DNA of 38,451 nt from Burkholderiales bacterium. GTDB taxonomy: Bacteria; Pseudomonadota; Gammaproteobacteria; Burkholderiales; Burkholderiaceae_C. The stretch is from assembly GCA_038241485.1 (NCBI GenBank), contig JBBRFR010000001.1, forward strand, positions 1-38,451. The letters are read 5' to 3'. The position numbers and the translations under genes were made by a program. This document shows positions 28,370-37,241 of the stretch, piece after piece. The notes below the pieces were generated by a model. The model saw only the letters and a list, made by a program, of their open reading frames with translations, made no database searches and was not told where the DNA came from. The first letter of the stretch is position 1, and every line of letters begins with the position of its first letter.

Positions 28370-30918
28370 ACCATGCGATGACGTTTCAGGCGCACCGGCC
28401 CGCCTCCCCACAGCGCGAACGAATCGATGGGGGCTGGGAGATGTGTGCCACGGTGCCCGGCCGCTTCAGCGAACCCGGGCTGCTCGCCGAGATTCACCCC
28501 GATCAATGGTTCAAGGCGCCAACGCTGGGTTCGGTGGCCGATCAACTGCGGGCCCTGAAGTTGTGGAGCCTCGACGGCCCACCGCGCCGCTTCGACGCTA
28601 ACGACTGGTGGTACCGCGTCGAGTTCGAGCCCCCCGAGCTGCACCCGAGCGAAGCGCTGTGGCTCGGGTTCGACGGCCTGGCCACCGTGGCCGACGTCTG
28701 GTTGAACGGGCAGTTGCTGATGCGCAGCACCAGCATGTTCGTGGCCCATGAACACAGCGTGCGGCAGCTGCTGAAACCGGGTGCCAACCAGCTCGTGCTG
28801 CGCTTTCATGCCCTCGACAACTTGCTGGCCGCCAAGCGGCCGCGCCCGCGCTGGCGGGCCCCGATGGTGGCGAACCAGCAGCTGCGTTGGTTTCGCACCA
28901 CGCTGCTCGGGCGCACGCCGGGCTGGTCGCCACCCGCGGCGGTGGTCGGGCCCACGAAAGACATCTGGTGGGAGCGCCGCAGCGGGCTGCGCGTGACGCC
29001 GTCGGTGCTGCGCGCGCTGGTCGGCCCCGATGGGGCCGGCACCGTCACCGCAGCCTGCCAGTTGCAACTGCCCGCCCATCAGACACTGGATCGTCTGGAG
29101 CTGGAAGTGTCGCGCGATGGTGCGGTGCACCACAGCCTGATGCAGCCCGATGCCCAGGCGGGCTACTGCGGCGTGGTGTCGATTGCTGAGCCCGCGCTGT
29201 GGTGGCCGCATACCCATGGCGAGCCGGCGCTGTACCAGGTGCGGGTGCGGGCCTATCTGCGCGGCGAGTCTCAGCCGCTGACCACCGAACTGGGTCGCAC
29301 CGGCTTTCGCACCCTTGCTCTCGACACCGCCGACGGCCGCTTCGCCTTGCGCGTGAACGGCCTGCCGGTGTTCTGCCGTGGTGCCTGCTGGACGCCACTC
29401 GACGTGGTGAGCCTGCGCGCCACGCCACAAGCCACGCACGATGCCGTGGCCCAAGCGCGCGACGCCGGCATGAACATGCTGCGTGTGGGCGGCACCATGG
29501 TCTACGAAGACGCTGCCTTCTTTGACGCGTGCGATTCGCTGGGCGTGCTGGTCTGGCAGGAGTTCATGTTCGCCAACATGGACTACCCCGAACAAGACGC
29601 CGCTTTCATGACCGATGTGCACACCGAGGTGCACCAGCAGCTGCAAGGTTGGCAAGGCCGGCCCTCGCTGGCGGTGCTGTGCGGCAACAGCGAAGTTGAG
29701 CAGCAGGCGGCGATGTGGGGAGCCTCGCGCGAGTTGTGGAGCCCGCCGCTGTTTCACACCACGCTGCGCGGCTGGGTGAATGAGGCGCTGCCTGATGTGC
29801 CTTACTGGCCATCGAGTGCGCATGGTGGTGCCTTCCCGCACCAGGGCAATGTGGGCACCGCCTCGTACTACGGCGTCGGCGCCTACCTGCGCGCGCCCGA
29901 AGACTCGCGCCGATCCGAGCTCAAGTTCGCCACCGAATGCCTGGCTTTCGCCAACGTGCCCGATGAACGCACGGTGGCACGCATGCCCGGCGGCCACGGG
30001 CTGCGGGTGCACCACCCGCAGTGGAAGGAACGCACCCCGCGCGACCTGAACGCCGGCTGGGATTTCGAAGACGTGCGAGACCACTACCTTGCCCGGCTGT
30101 ACCGCATCGACCCCGTGGCCCTCCGCTCGGTCGACCACGAGCGTTACCTCGCGCTCAGCCGGGTGGTCACGGGCGAGCTGATGGCCGGCGCCTTCGCCGA
30201 ATGGCGGCGGCCCGGGTCGGGTTGTGGCGGCGCTCTGGTGTGGTTTCTGCGGGACCTGTGGGCCGGGGCGGGCTGGGGCCTGGTGGACGACACGGGCTTG
30301 CCCAAGGCCTGCTTTTATGCGCTGCGTCGTGCGCTGCAGCCGGTGTCGGTGGCGATTACGGACGAGGGCAACAACGGGTTGTATGCCCACGTGACCAACG
30401 AGCCCGCTGAAGCGCTCAACGCCTCACTGGAGATCACGCTCTACGGGCCGGGCGACGCACGGGTCGGGCACATGCGCCATTCGTTGACGCTGCCGGGCCG
30501 CGGCCAGCAGAGCCTGGCACTTGCGCAAGGGCTGGAAGGTTTTGCCGACCTGTCCTATGCCTACCGCTTTGGCCCGCCGGGGGTCACGCTGGTTCACGCC
30601 AGCTTGTGTGCGGCCGATGGCGCGGTGCTGGGCGAAACGTTTCATTTCCCGGCCGACCTGCCGTCGCTCACACGAAGCGACGTGGGTTTGACCGCGAGCC
30701 TGGACACCCCTCGCGCCGAGCTGCTGGTGGCAAGCACCGGCATGGCGCAACACGTGCACATCGCGCTCGACGGCTACACCGTGGCCGACAACGACTTCCA
30801 CCTCGCACCCGGCGCCCAGCGCCGCATCGCGCTCAAACGCAGCGGCACCCAGGCGCCCAAGGGGCAGGTTTGGGCCTTGAACGCTGATCGCCCGGTGGCC
30901 ATTTTGGTGTCGCCATGA
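28366..30918 (+). CDS. Glycoside hydrolase family 2, beta-mannosidase-like
   Basis: L.FDGLAT.A.VWLNG, LWWP...GEP.LY, GFRT, NG..VFCRGA.W, GMNMLRV.G, CD.LG.LVWQEFMFA, GNSE, ATE. No obvious signal peptide. Start is TTG 28366 or ATG 28378. Confidence 0.88.
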   Translation: MNHAMTFQAHRPASPQRERIDGGWEMCATVPGRFSEPGLLAEIHPDQWFKAPTLGSVADQLRALKLWSLDGPPRRFDANDWWYRVEFEPPELHPSEALWLGFDGLATVADVWLNGQLLMRSTSMFVAHEHSVRQLLKPGANQLVLRFHALDNLLAAKRPRPRWRAPMVANQQLRWFRTTLLGRTPGWSPPAAVVGPTKDIWWERRSGLRVTPSVLRALVGPDGAGTVTAACQLQLPAHQTLDRLELEVSRDGAVHHSLMQPDAQAGYCGVVSIAEPALWWPHTHGEPALYQVRVRAYLRGESQPLTTELGRTGFRTLALDTADGRFALRVNGLPVFCRGACWTPLDVVSLRATPQATHDAVAQARDAGMNMLRVGGTMVYEDAAFFDACDSLGVLVWQEFMFANMDYPEQDAAFMTDVHTEVHQQLQGWQGRPSLAVLCGNSEVEQQAAMWGASRELWSPPLFHTTLRGWVNEALPDVPYWPSSAHGGAFPHQGNVGTASYYGVGAYLRAPEDSRRSELKFATECLAFANVPDERTVARMPGGHGLRVHHPQWKERTPRDLNAGWDFEDVRDHYLARLYRIDPVALRSVDHERYLALSRVVTGELMAGAFAEWRRPGSGCGGALVWFLRDLWAGAGWGLVDDTGLPKACFYALRRALQPVSVAITDEGNNGLYAHVTNEPAEALNASLEITLYGPGDARVGHMRHSLTLPGRGQQSLALAQGLEGFADLSYAYRFGPPGVTLVHASLCAADGAVLGETFHFPADLPSLTRSDVGLTASLDTPRAELLVASTGMAQHVHIALDGYTVADNDFHLAPGAQRRIALKRSGTQAPKGQVWALNADRPVAILVSP

Positions 30919-32714
30919 GCACGCTTCAGCCTTTTTACTTCGGCCGCGAAGGCGCTGAGCTTTTCGGTTGGCTGCACGATGCAGATCCGGCCGCGCGCAA
31001 GGGGCTGGGCCTCTTGATCGTCAACCCCTTCGGGTTTGAAGAGGTTTGCGCCCACCGCAGCCTGCGGCACTTTGCTGACGCGGCCAGCGCAGCAGGATTC
31101 CCCAGCCTGCGTTTTGACCTGGCAGGTTGTGGCAACTCCCAGGGCGACGAGTTCGAATCGCACGTGCCCACCAAGTGGCTGGGTTCGGTGCACGACGCCA
31201 TCGACACGCTCAAGCGCACGGGCGGTGTGACCCAGGTGCTGGTGCTGGGGGTGCGCCTGGGGGCGACGTTGGCGACGTTGGTCGCCAGCGAGCGCGACGA
31301 TGTGGCCGGCCTGATCGCGATTGCCCCCGTCGTGCGCGGCCGCGCTTACGTGCGCGAGCTGACCATGCTGGGCCAGACCGGCTCACCGCCCGGCGAGGGC
31401 GAGAACGGTGCGCTCGAATCGGCCGGGTTCCTGATGACGAGCGAGACGGCTTCGTCCGTCTCGCAGGTGGATCTGCGCGCACTGCACCACCGGCCGGCGC
31501 CGCGGGTGCTGATCGTCGAGCGCGACGACATGATCGGCATGTCGGAGTGGGCGCCAGCGCTACAAAAGCTGGGCGCCGAAGTGCGCGTCGAGCGCTGGCC
31601 GGGCTACGCGCGGATGTTGGACGACGCCCAGCGTGCCGTGGTGCCCGAGTTGATGGTGGCCGGCGTGCTGGCGTGCATGACCGCCTGGTCGGCCCAGGCC
31701 GCCTTGTCGCCGGTGGCCGCCGAAGCGCCAGACCGACTGAGCTTGCCCTGCCGCGTGGCCTTGCCCGGGGGTGGGGGAGCGCAGGTGCTTGAGACCCCGG
31801 TTCACATCGACACGGGCTCGGCGACACGGCTCTTTGGTGTGCTCGTCACGCCCGAGGCTGACAGTGCAAGAGCGGGGCCGCGGCCTGCGGTGCTGCTGCT
31901 CAACTCCGGCTCCATTCACCACATCGGCCCCAACCGCCTGTGGGCGCGGCTGGCGCGACAGTGGGCAGCGCGGGGCATGACGGTGCTGCGGCTCGACATT
32001 GCCGGCATCGGCGACAGCCCGCCGCGGCCGGGGACGCGTGAGAACGTCGTCTATTCGCCGCATGCGATCGACGACGTGGCGGCGGCGCTCAGCTTCCTGC
32101 GCTCGCAGGTGGGTGCGAGCGAATGCCACCTGGTCGGCCTGTGCTCGGGGGCGTATCACGCGTTTAAGGCCGCGGTGGCCGGCCAGCCCGTCGCCTCGGC
32201 CTTGATGATCAACCCGCTGACCTATTTCTGGAAAGAGGGCACGCGGCTGAGCGACGTGAAGGACTACGAGATCGTCGAGTTGACCGCCAAGTTCCGCGGC
32301 AAGCTGTTCACTCGCGAGCCCTGGCTCAAGCTGCTGCACGGCGAACTCGACGTGCGCTTGGTGGCCGAAGTGGCGGCCCGGCGCGCTTGGGGCTTGGTGG
32401 CGCCCCACCTGGTGGAGGCCGCGCGTGCGCTGCGCATCCCGCTGCGCCACAACCTGGCGCGCGAACTTGAGGGCGCTGCGCGCCAAGGCATTCGCCTGCG
32501 CTTTGTCTTTGCAGAGCGGGCGCCTGGCTTTGCACTGCTGCGCAAACAAAGCGGTCGCGCGATGCAGCGCCTGCTGGAGCAGCAGGCGGCGTCGATCGAT
32601 TTCATCGCCAACGCCGACCACACCTTCACCCGACTCGAAGCTCGCGAGCGCCTCGTGGCCGTACTTGACCGCCTGGTGCTGCCTTCTCGTGATCGAGTGT
32701 CCAGCAAGCCATGA
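30915..32714 (+). CDS. Tandem (two-domain) alpha/beta-hydrolase-fold protein
   Basis: Two repeats: LFGWLH..PFG.E..LRFDLAG.G.S..GVRLGA, and LFGVL..LRLDIAG.GDS..GLCSGA..DHTF. Confidence 0.85.
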   Translation: MSTLQPFYFGREGAELFGWLHDADPAARKGLGLLIVNPFGFEEVCAHRSLRHFADAASAAGFPSLRFDLAGCGNSQGDEFESHVPTKWLGSVHDAIDTLKRTGGVTQVLVLGVRLGATLATLVASERDDVAGLIAIAPVVRGRAYVRELTMLGQTGSPPGEGENGALESAGFLMTSETASSVSQVDLRALHHRPAPRVLIVERDDMIGMSEWAPALQKLGAEVRVERWPGYARMLDDAQRAVVPELMVAGVLACMTAWSAQAALSPVAAEAPDRLSLPCRVALPGGGGAQVLETPVHIDTGSATRLFGVLVTPEADSARAGPRPAVLLLNSGSIHHIGPNRLWARLARQWAARGMTVLRLDIAGIGDSPPRPGTRENVVYSPHAIDDVAAALSFLRSQVGASECHLVGLCSGAYHAFKAAVAGQPVASALMINPLTYFWKEGTRLSDVKDYEIVELTAKFRGKLFTREPWLKLLHGELDVRLVAEVAARRAWGLVAPHLVEAARALRIPLRHNLARELEGAARQGIRLRFVFAERAPGFALLRKQSGRAMQRLLEQQAASIDFIANADHTFTRLEARERLVAVLDRLVLPSRDRVSSKP

Positions 32715-32730
32715 CAAGCCCCATGGCCCG

Positions 32731-32784
32731 GCGGGCCGAGCGCCGGGCCGCTCCCAAGCCGGCCCGTATCCCCTTTGGGGATCG
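32731..32784 (+). repeat. REP-like double-hairpin intergenic repeat, copy 1
   Basis: GCGGGCCGAGCGCCGGGCCGCTCCCAAGCCGGCCCGTATCCCCTTTGGGGATCG; near-identical to 38395-38448. Stems CGGGCCG/CGGCCCG and ATCCCC/GGGGAT. Confidence 0.8.
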
Positions 32785-32814
32785 GCCGATGTACCCATCG
32801 GGCGAGGGGTTGTC

Positions 32815-34100
32815 ATGAACCGCGCCGACTTTCGCGCTGACCTCAATGGCCTGCGCGGATCAGCGTCGCGCTGGTGTTGGCGTTTCATTTGCAGGTCAAG
32901 GGTGCGGGTGGCGGTTTCATCGGTGTCGATGTCTTCTTCGTGCTCTCGGGCTACCTGATGACGCAGATCATCAGCCGCGGCTTGGTACAAAGCGGCTTCG
33001 GCTGTTGGCGATTTGTGGCAGAGCGAGCAGCGCGCATCTGACCGGCGCTTGCAGCCCTGGTGGTGCTGTTGTTCTTGCTGGGCGCCTGGCGCTTGCCGCC
33101 GTTCGATCTGCAGATACTGGCCGAGCAGGCGCGTGCGGCGCTGCTGTTCGTGGCCAACCACCACTTCCTCGACCGCTCGGGATACATCACTCACGCGGGC
33201 GACACCCACTGATGCTGCACTCTGGCGGTGGAGTGGCAGTTCTACCTGCTATATCTGCTGCTGCTGATGGGCTTGATGAAGCTGACGACACGCCGGCACA
33301 CCGTGTGGCCGTGATCGGCGGGCTGATGGTGTGTTCGTTTGTCTGGCAGTGGCTCCAGTCGCGCGCTCATGCTGATGCGAGCTTCTTCTTGCTGCCGGGG
33401 CGCTGCTGGGAGTTTCTGGCCGGTGGCTTGGTGTTTTTGTTGCGGCGGGATGAGTCGCCCACATCGACTCCCTCGGTTTGGCGCACCGTGGCGAGCCATG
33501 CGGGGCTGGTGATGGTGTTGGGTGCAGCCCTCGTGATCGCGCTGTGGTGCCTCGGGGCGGTGGGCGCCGGGCCCGTGCTGCTGCTGGTGCCGGTGCCGGT
33601 GCCGGTGCTGGGGGTGGTCGATCCAGCCGCTCTACTTTCCCGATGCGTGTGGCAACTACAAGAAGCCGGTGGCTGAGGCACGCTGCATCGCACCGCCTTC
33701 GCTTGCGGCCAAGCAGGATTTGATCGTGAATGAGCTCACCTCGGCGATCGCCGCGGCGCTGAAAGCGGGCAAAACGGTGGTGATGGTCGACGGCTCGCCA
33801 GAGTCGCGCTTTCGTGTGCCCGAGCGTTTGGCGCGCGAGATCTTCTGGCACGGCCGCCCGCGCTTGTCGGTGCCGGCCTCCTCACTGGCCGTCCAGAACG
33901 CGTGGCTGGAGCCAGTGTTCGAGGCCTTTCGCGGCACCCCCGGCTTTCACCGCGTGAGCGTGCGCGACAGGCTGTGTGATGTCGCCTCGTGTCGTGTTCA
34001 TGGCAGCGCTTCGCAGCGCCCCATCTTCCTCGACGAGAGCCAGTTCGACCCGGTCTGGATCGCAAGGCAGGCCGAGCTCTTCGCGCCCTTCGTGCGCTGA
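32815..34100 (+). pseudogene. Decayed acyltransferase-3 (OafA/YrhL-type) fused to a C-terminal SGNH domain
   Basis: Motifs spread across frames: FRADLNGLRG, GGFIGVDVFFVLSGYLMT, R..RI*P (TGA 33039-33041), SLAVEWQFY, FFLLP.R.WEFLAG, and C-terminal LCD..SC...PIFLDESQF. Several frameshifts and stops. Confidence 0.85.
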
Positions 34101-34180
34101 GGGCGCGCCGCGTCAGGGCGTGCGCTTTGTCTCGGTTGTGCGCACGCAACCCACCTTAGTTAGGGGGTTCAGCGATGAGC

Positions 34181-34216
34181 TGGGGTGAGGGCTTTCACCC
34201 CTCACCCCAATACAAT
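34181..34216 (+). promoter_or_regulatory. Perfect 11-bp inverted repeat next to a -10-like TACAAT upstream of the heptose operon
   Basis: TGGGGTGAGGG-CTTTCAC-CCCTCACCCCA (34181-34209), then TACAAT (34211-34216). Confidence 0.45.
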
Positions 34217-34261
34217 CTTCCGAGGTCTCCGATTCACGTTTTGATGCGCAGAAAGATCCCC

Positions 34262-34915
34262 ATGAGCAAGCAAGCCAAGGCCCCGAAGATTCAAGAGAAG
34301 AAGACACCGGGCCTCGCCGCGTCGAACATGACCGGCACCGGCCCTGGCGGCTTGTCGGTACGCGCCTTCGGCGAGTGGTACCGCGATCGTGAGCTCGAAC
34401 AGTGGGCTCAGTTCGACTTTGCTGCGCTCGAAAAGATCGCCAAGCTGATCGAAGCCGTCGAGAAAAAGGGCAAGCAGATTTTTGTGATGGGCAATGGAGG
34501 CTCGGCCGCCACCTCATCGCACATCGCCACCGACTGGTCGAAGACCGCCGAACGTGTGGGCAAGCCGCTGATCCGCTGCATCTCGCTCAACGACAACACC
34601 GCCTTCATGACAGCCGTGGGCAACGACCTCGGCTACGAAGAGATCTTCTCGCGTCAGCTGCAAAACCTGTGCAACAAGGGTGACCTGGTGGTCATCATCT
34701 CGGGCTCGGGCAATTCGCCCAGCGTCATCAAGGCCGCCGAATACGCCGACAGCGTGGGCGCCACCACGGTGGGCATGACCGGCTTCACCGGCGGCAAGCT
34801 GCGCAAAATGGTCGACGTGTGTTTCCACGTCGAGAGCGACCAATACGGTGTGATCGAAGACATGCACATGGCCGCGGGTTCGATCCTCGCGTTCTACCTC
34901 AAGCAGCGCAAGTGA
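34262..34915 (+). CDS. gmhA: SIS-domain phosphoheptose isomerase (GmhA-like)
   Basis: GNGGSAA..SH, TAVGNDLGY..IF.RQ, ISGSGNS, GFTGG, EDMH. Start is 34262 or 34244. Confidence 0.8.
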   Translation: MSKQAKAPKIQEKKTPGLAASNMTGTGPGGLSVRAFGEWYRDRELEQWAQFDFAALEKIAKLIEAVEKKGKQIFVMGNGGSAATSSHIATDWSKTAERVGKPLIRCISLNDNTAFMTAVGNDLGYEEIFSRQLQNLCNKGDLVVIISGSGNSPSVIKAAEYADSVGATTVGMTGFTGGKLRKMVDVCFHVESDQYGVIEDMHMAAGSILAFYLKQRK

Positions 34916-34949
34916 CGGGCGCGGTAGCTGTCGCCACTGGCGCCGCACG

Positions 34950-36230
34950 ATGATTCACTACGTCACGCAAAACGGCATCGGCAATGCCTGGGTCGCCAAC
35001 GAGCTGAGCCGGGTTGAAGCCGCCGGCCTGCCGGTGGCGCTGCATGCGATGCGTGCGCCCGACAAACTGCTGCACGACTCGCCCTGGGCGGTGGAGATGA
35101 ACCGCCGCACGGAGCTGATGTACCCGCTGCCGCTGGTGGCGATGTTCTTCTCTCTGCTGGCTGCCCCGGTTCGTTTTCGACGGCGTTTTTTCTCGGCGCT
35201 GTGGAATGCCTTCTTCGGCCGCCGCGAACACATTCGTGCCCGCCTGGCCGGCATCGCTCACCTGGTGGTGGGCTGCCACTGGGCGACGGGGCTGCAGCGC
35301 AGCGGCCGGCCGGTGTCGCAGATCCATTCGCAGTGGATCAACTCCTGCGGCACGATCGCGATGTATGGCGCGTGGTTGCTCGACGCGCCGTTCAGCTTCA
35401 CCGGCCACGCGACCGACTTGTTTCGCAACCGTTCGGCCTTGCTCGACAAGATTGAGCGCGCCAACTTCATCATCTGCATCTCCACCTTCCACCGCGACTT
35501 TTATCTTCAGCACGGTGCACAGCCCGAACAGCTGGTGATTGCCTATTGCGGCATCGACCTGGCGTGGTTCTACCCGCCAGCGCCCGGCTCCCGCGATATC
35601 AACCGGCCCTATCGCATCCTCTCTTCCGGCCGTCTGGTTGAGAAGAAGGGCTTGTGCGACCTCATCGACGCTTGCAAGCTGCTGGCCGACCGCGGCGAGC
35701 GTTTCGACTGCGTGATCGGCGGCAGCGGCCCGCTCGAAGCCGATCTGAAGGCGCAGATCGCGCGGCTGAATCTGACCGATCGCATCACCGTCACCGGCAA
35801 GGCGCTGCTGCAAGAAAAGATCGTTGACTTCATGCACGAAGGCGACGTGTACGTGCTGCCCTGTGTGTGGGCCGCCGATGGCGACGTCGACGGGTTGCCG
35901 CAAATGATCATGGAAGCCATGGCGAGCGGCCTGCCGGCGATTAGCACGCGCCTGGTCGGCATTCCCGACCTCCTCCACCACGAAGACACCGGCTTGCTGG
36001 TCGAGCCCAACAACCCGGCCCAGCTCGCCGACGCGATGGCCCGCCTGATGCACGACGCCTCGCTCGCGGCACGTTTGTCTGAGAGTGGCCAGCGCCTGCT
36101 GAAGCAGACCTTCGACCTCAACCATTGCCTGGAACCCCTGATCGACAAGTTTCGTCAGAGCCTGGCAAAAGCCGCGCCGGGCCAGCGTGCCGCCGGCTCG
36201 CAAGCACAACAAAGCAGGGTCACCTCATGA
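34950..36230 (+). CDS. Glycosyltransferase family 4 (WcaL-like)
   Basis: FSFTGHATDL, GRLVEKKG, DGLP..IMEAMA.GLP.IST...GIP, TGLLV.P. Confidence 0.92.
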   Translation: MIHYVTQNGIGNAWVANELSRVEAAGLPVALHAMRAPDKLLHDSPWAVEMNRRTELMYPLPLVAMFFSLLAAPVRFRRRFFSALWNAFFGRREHIRARLAGIAHLVVGCHWATGLQRSGRPVSQIHSQWINSCGTIAMYGAWLLDAPFSFTGHATDLFRNRSALLDKIERANFIICISTFHRDFYLQHGAQPEQLVIAYCGIDLAWFYPPAPGSRDINRPYRILSSGRLVEKKGLCDLIDACKLLADRGERFDCVIGGSGPLEADLKAQIARLNLTDRITVTGKALLQEKIVDFMHEGDVYVLPCVWAADGDVDGLPQMIMEAMASGLPAISTRLVGIPDLLHHEDTGLLVEPNNPAQLADAMARLMHDASLAARLSESGQRLLKQTFDLNHCLEPLIDKFRQSLAKAAPGQRAAGSQAQQSRVTS

Positions 36231-37225
36231 TCATTTCGCAAACCCCATACCGCGTGAGCTTTGCCGGTGGCGGCACCGACCTGCCGGCCTTTTACCGGCA
36301 GGAATACGGTGCGGTGCTGTCGATGGCCATCGACAAGCACATGTACGTGACGGTGAGCCCGCGTTTCGAGAAAACCACCCGCGTGGCTTACACCAAGGTC
36401 GAGATTGCCGACTCGGTGAACGACATTCAGCACGAGCTGGTGCGCGAGGCACTCAGGATCACCGGCCTCGGCCGCCACATCGAGATCACCACCGTGGGCG
36501 ATGTGCCTTCGGGCACCGGCATGGGTTCGTCGAGTTCGCTGACGGTGGGTGTGCTGCAGGCGCTGTATGCCTACAAGGGCCAGATCATCAGCGCGAAAAA
36601 CGTCGCCGAGCAGGCCTGCCAGATCGAGATCGACATCCTCGGCAAACCGATCGGCAAACAAGACCAGTACGCCGCCGCCTTTGGTGGCCTGAACTACATC
36701 CGCTTCAACTCCGACGACACGGTCGACGTGGAGCCGGTGCCGGCACCGCGCGAGACGATGCAGGAGCTGTCGAGCCGCATGATGCTGCTCTACACCGAGC
36801 AACAGCGTGATGCCGATGGCATCTTGAAGCGCCAGAGCGAAGGCACCAAAGACCGCATGCCGGTGTTGCGGCAGATGCGCGACCTGGCGCAAGAGATGCG
36901 CGTGGCGATCACCGGCGCCAATGGGCTCGACGAGTTTGCCCGACTGCTGCACCACGGCTGGGAGCTGAAGCGCTCGTTGGGCTTTGGCATCAGCATGGAG
37001 CGTGTGGACGCCTGGTACGAACAAGCCCGCAAGCTGGGCGCCCAAGGTGGCAAGCTGCTGGGCGCGGGCGGTGGCGGCTTCTTGCTGCTGGTCGCACCGA
37101 AAGAGCGCCACAACATGATCCGTGAGGCGCTGGGCAACCCGCGCGAGCTCAACCTTGACATCGACCGCCGTGGTGGCCGTGTCATCTTCATCAGCGACCA
37201 TCAGCGTCTGCTGCACAACCAGTGA
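36227..37225 (+). CDS. hddA: GHMP kinase, D-glycero-alpha-D-manno-heptose-7-phosphate kinase-like
   Basis: TPYRVSFAGGGTD, PSGTGMGSSSS, GKQDQYAAAFGG, GGKLLGAGGGG; ATGA overlap at 36227. Confidence 0.85.
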   Translation: MIISQTPYRVSFAGGGTDLPAFYRQEYGAVLSMAIDKHMYVTVSPRFEKTTRVAYTKVEIADSVNDIQHELVREALRITGLGRHIEITTVGDVPSGTGMGSSSSLTVGVLQALYAYKGQIISAKNVAEQACQIEIDILGKPIGKQDQYAAAFGGLNYIRFNSDDTVDVEPVPAPRETMQELSSRMMLLYTEQQRDADGILKRQSEGTKDRMPVLRQMRDLAQEMRVAITGANGLDEFARLLHHGWELKRSLGFGISMERVDAWYEQARKLGAQGGKLLGAGGGGFLLLVAPKERHNMIREALGNPRELNLDIDRRGGRVIFISDHQRLLHNQ

Positions 37226-37241
37226 TACCAGGGGCGAACAA

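Noticed and set aside
33586-33609. (GGTGCC)x3 microsatellite as a phase-variation tract
   Set aside because: Short, has a frame-preserving 6-bp unit, and lies in an already decayed pseudogene.
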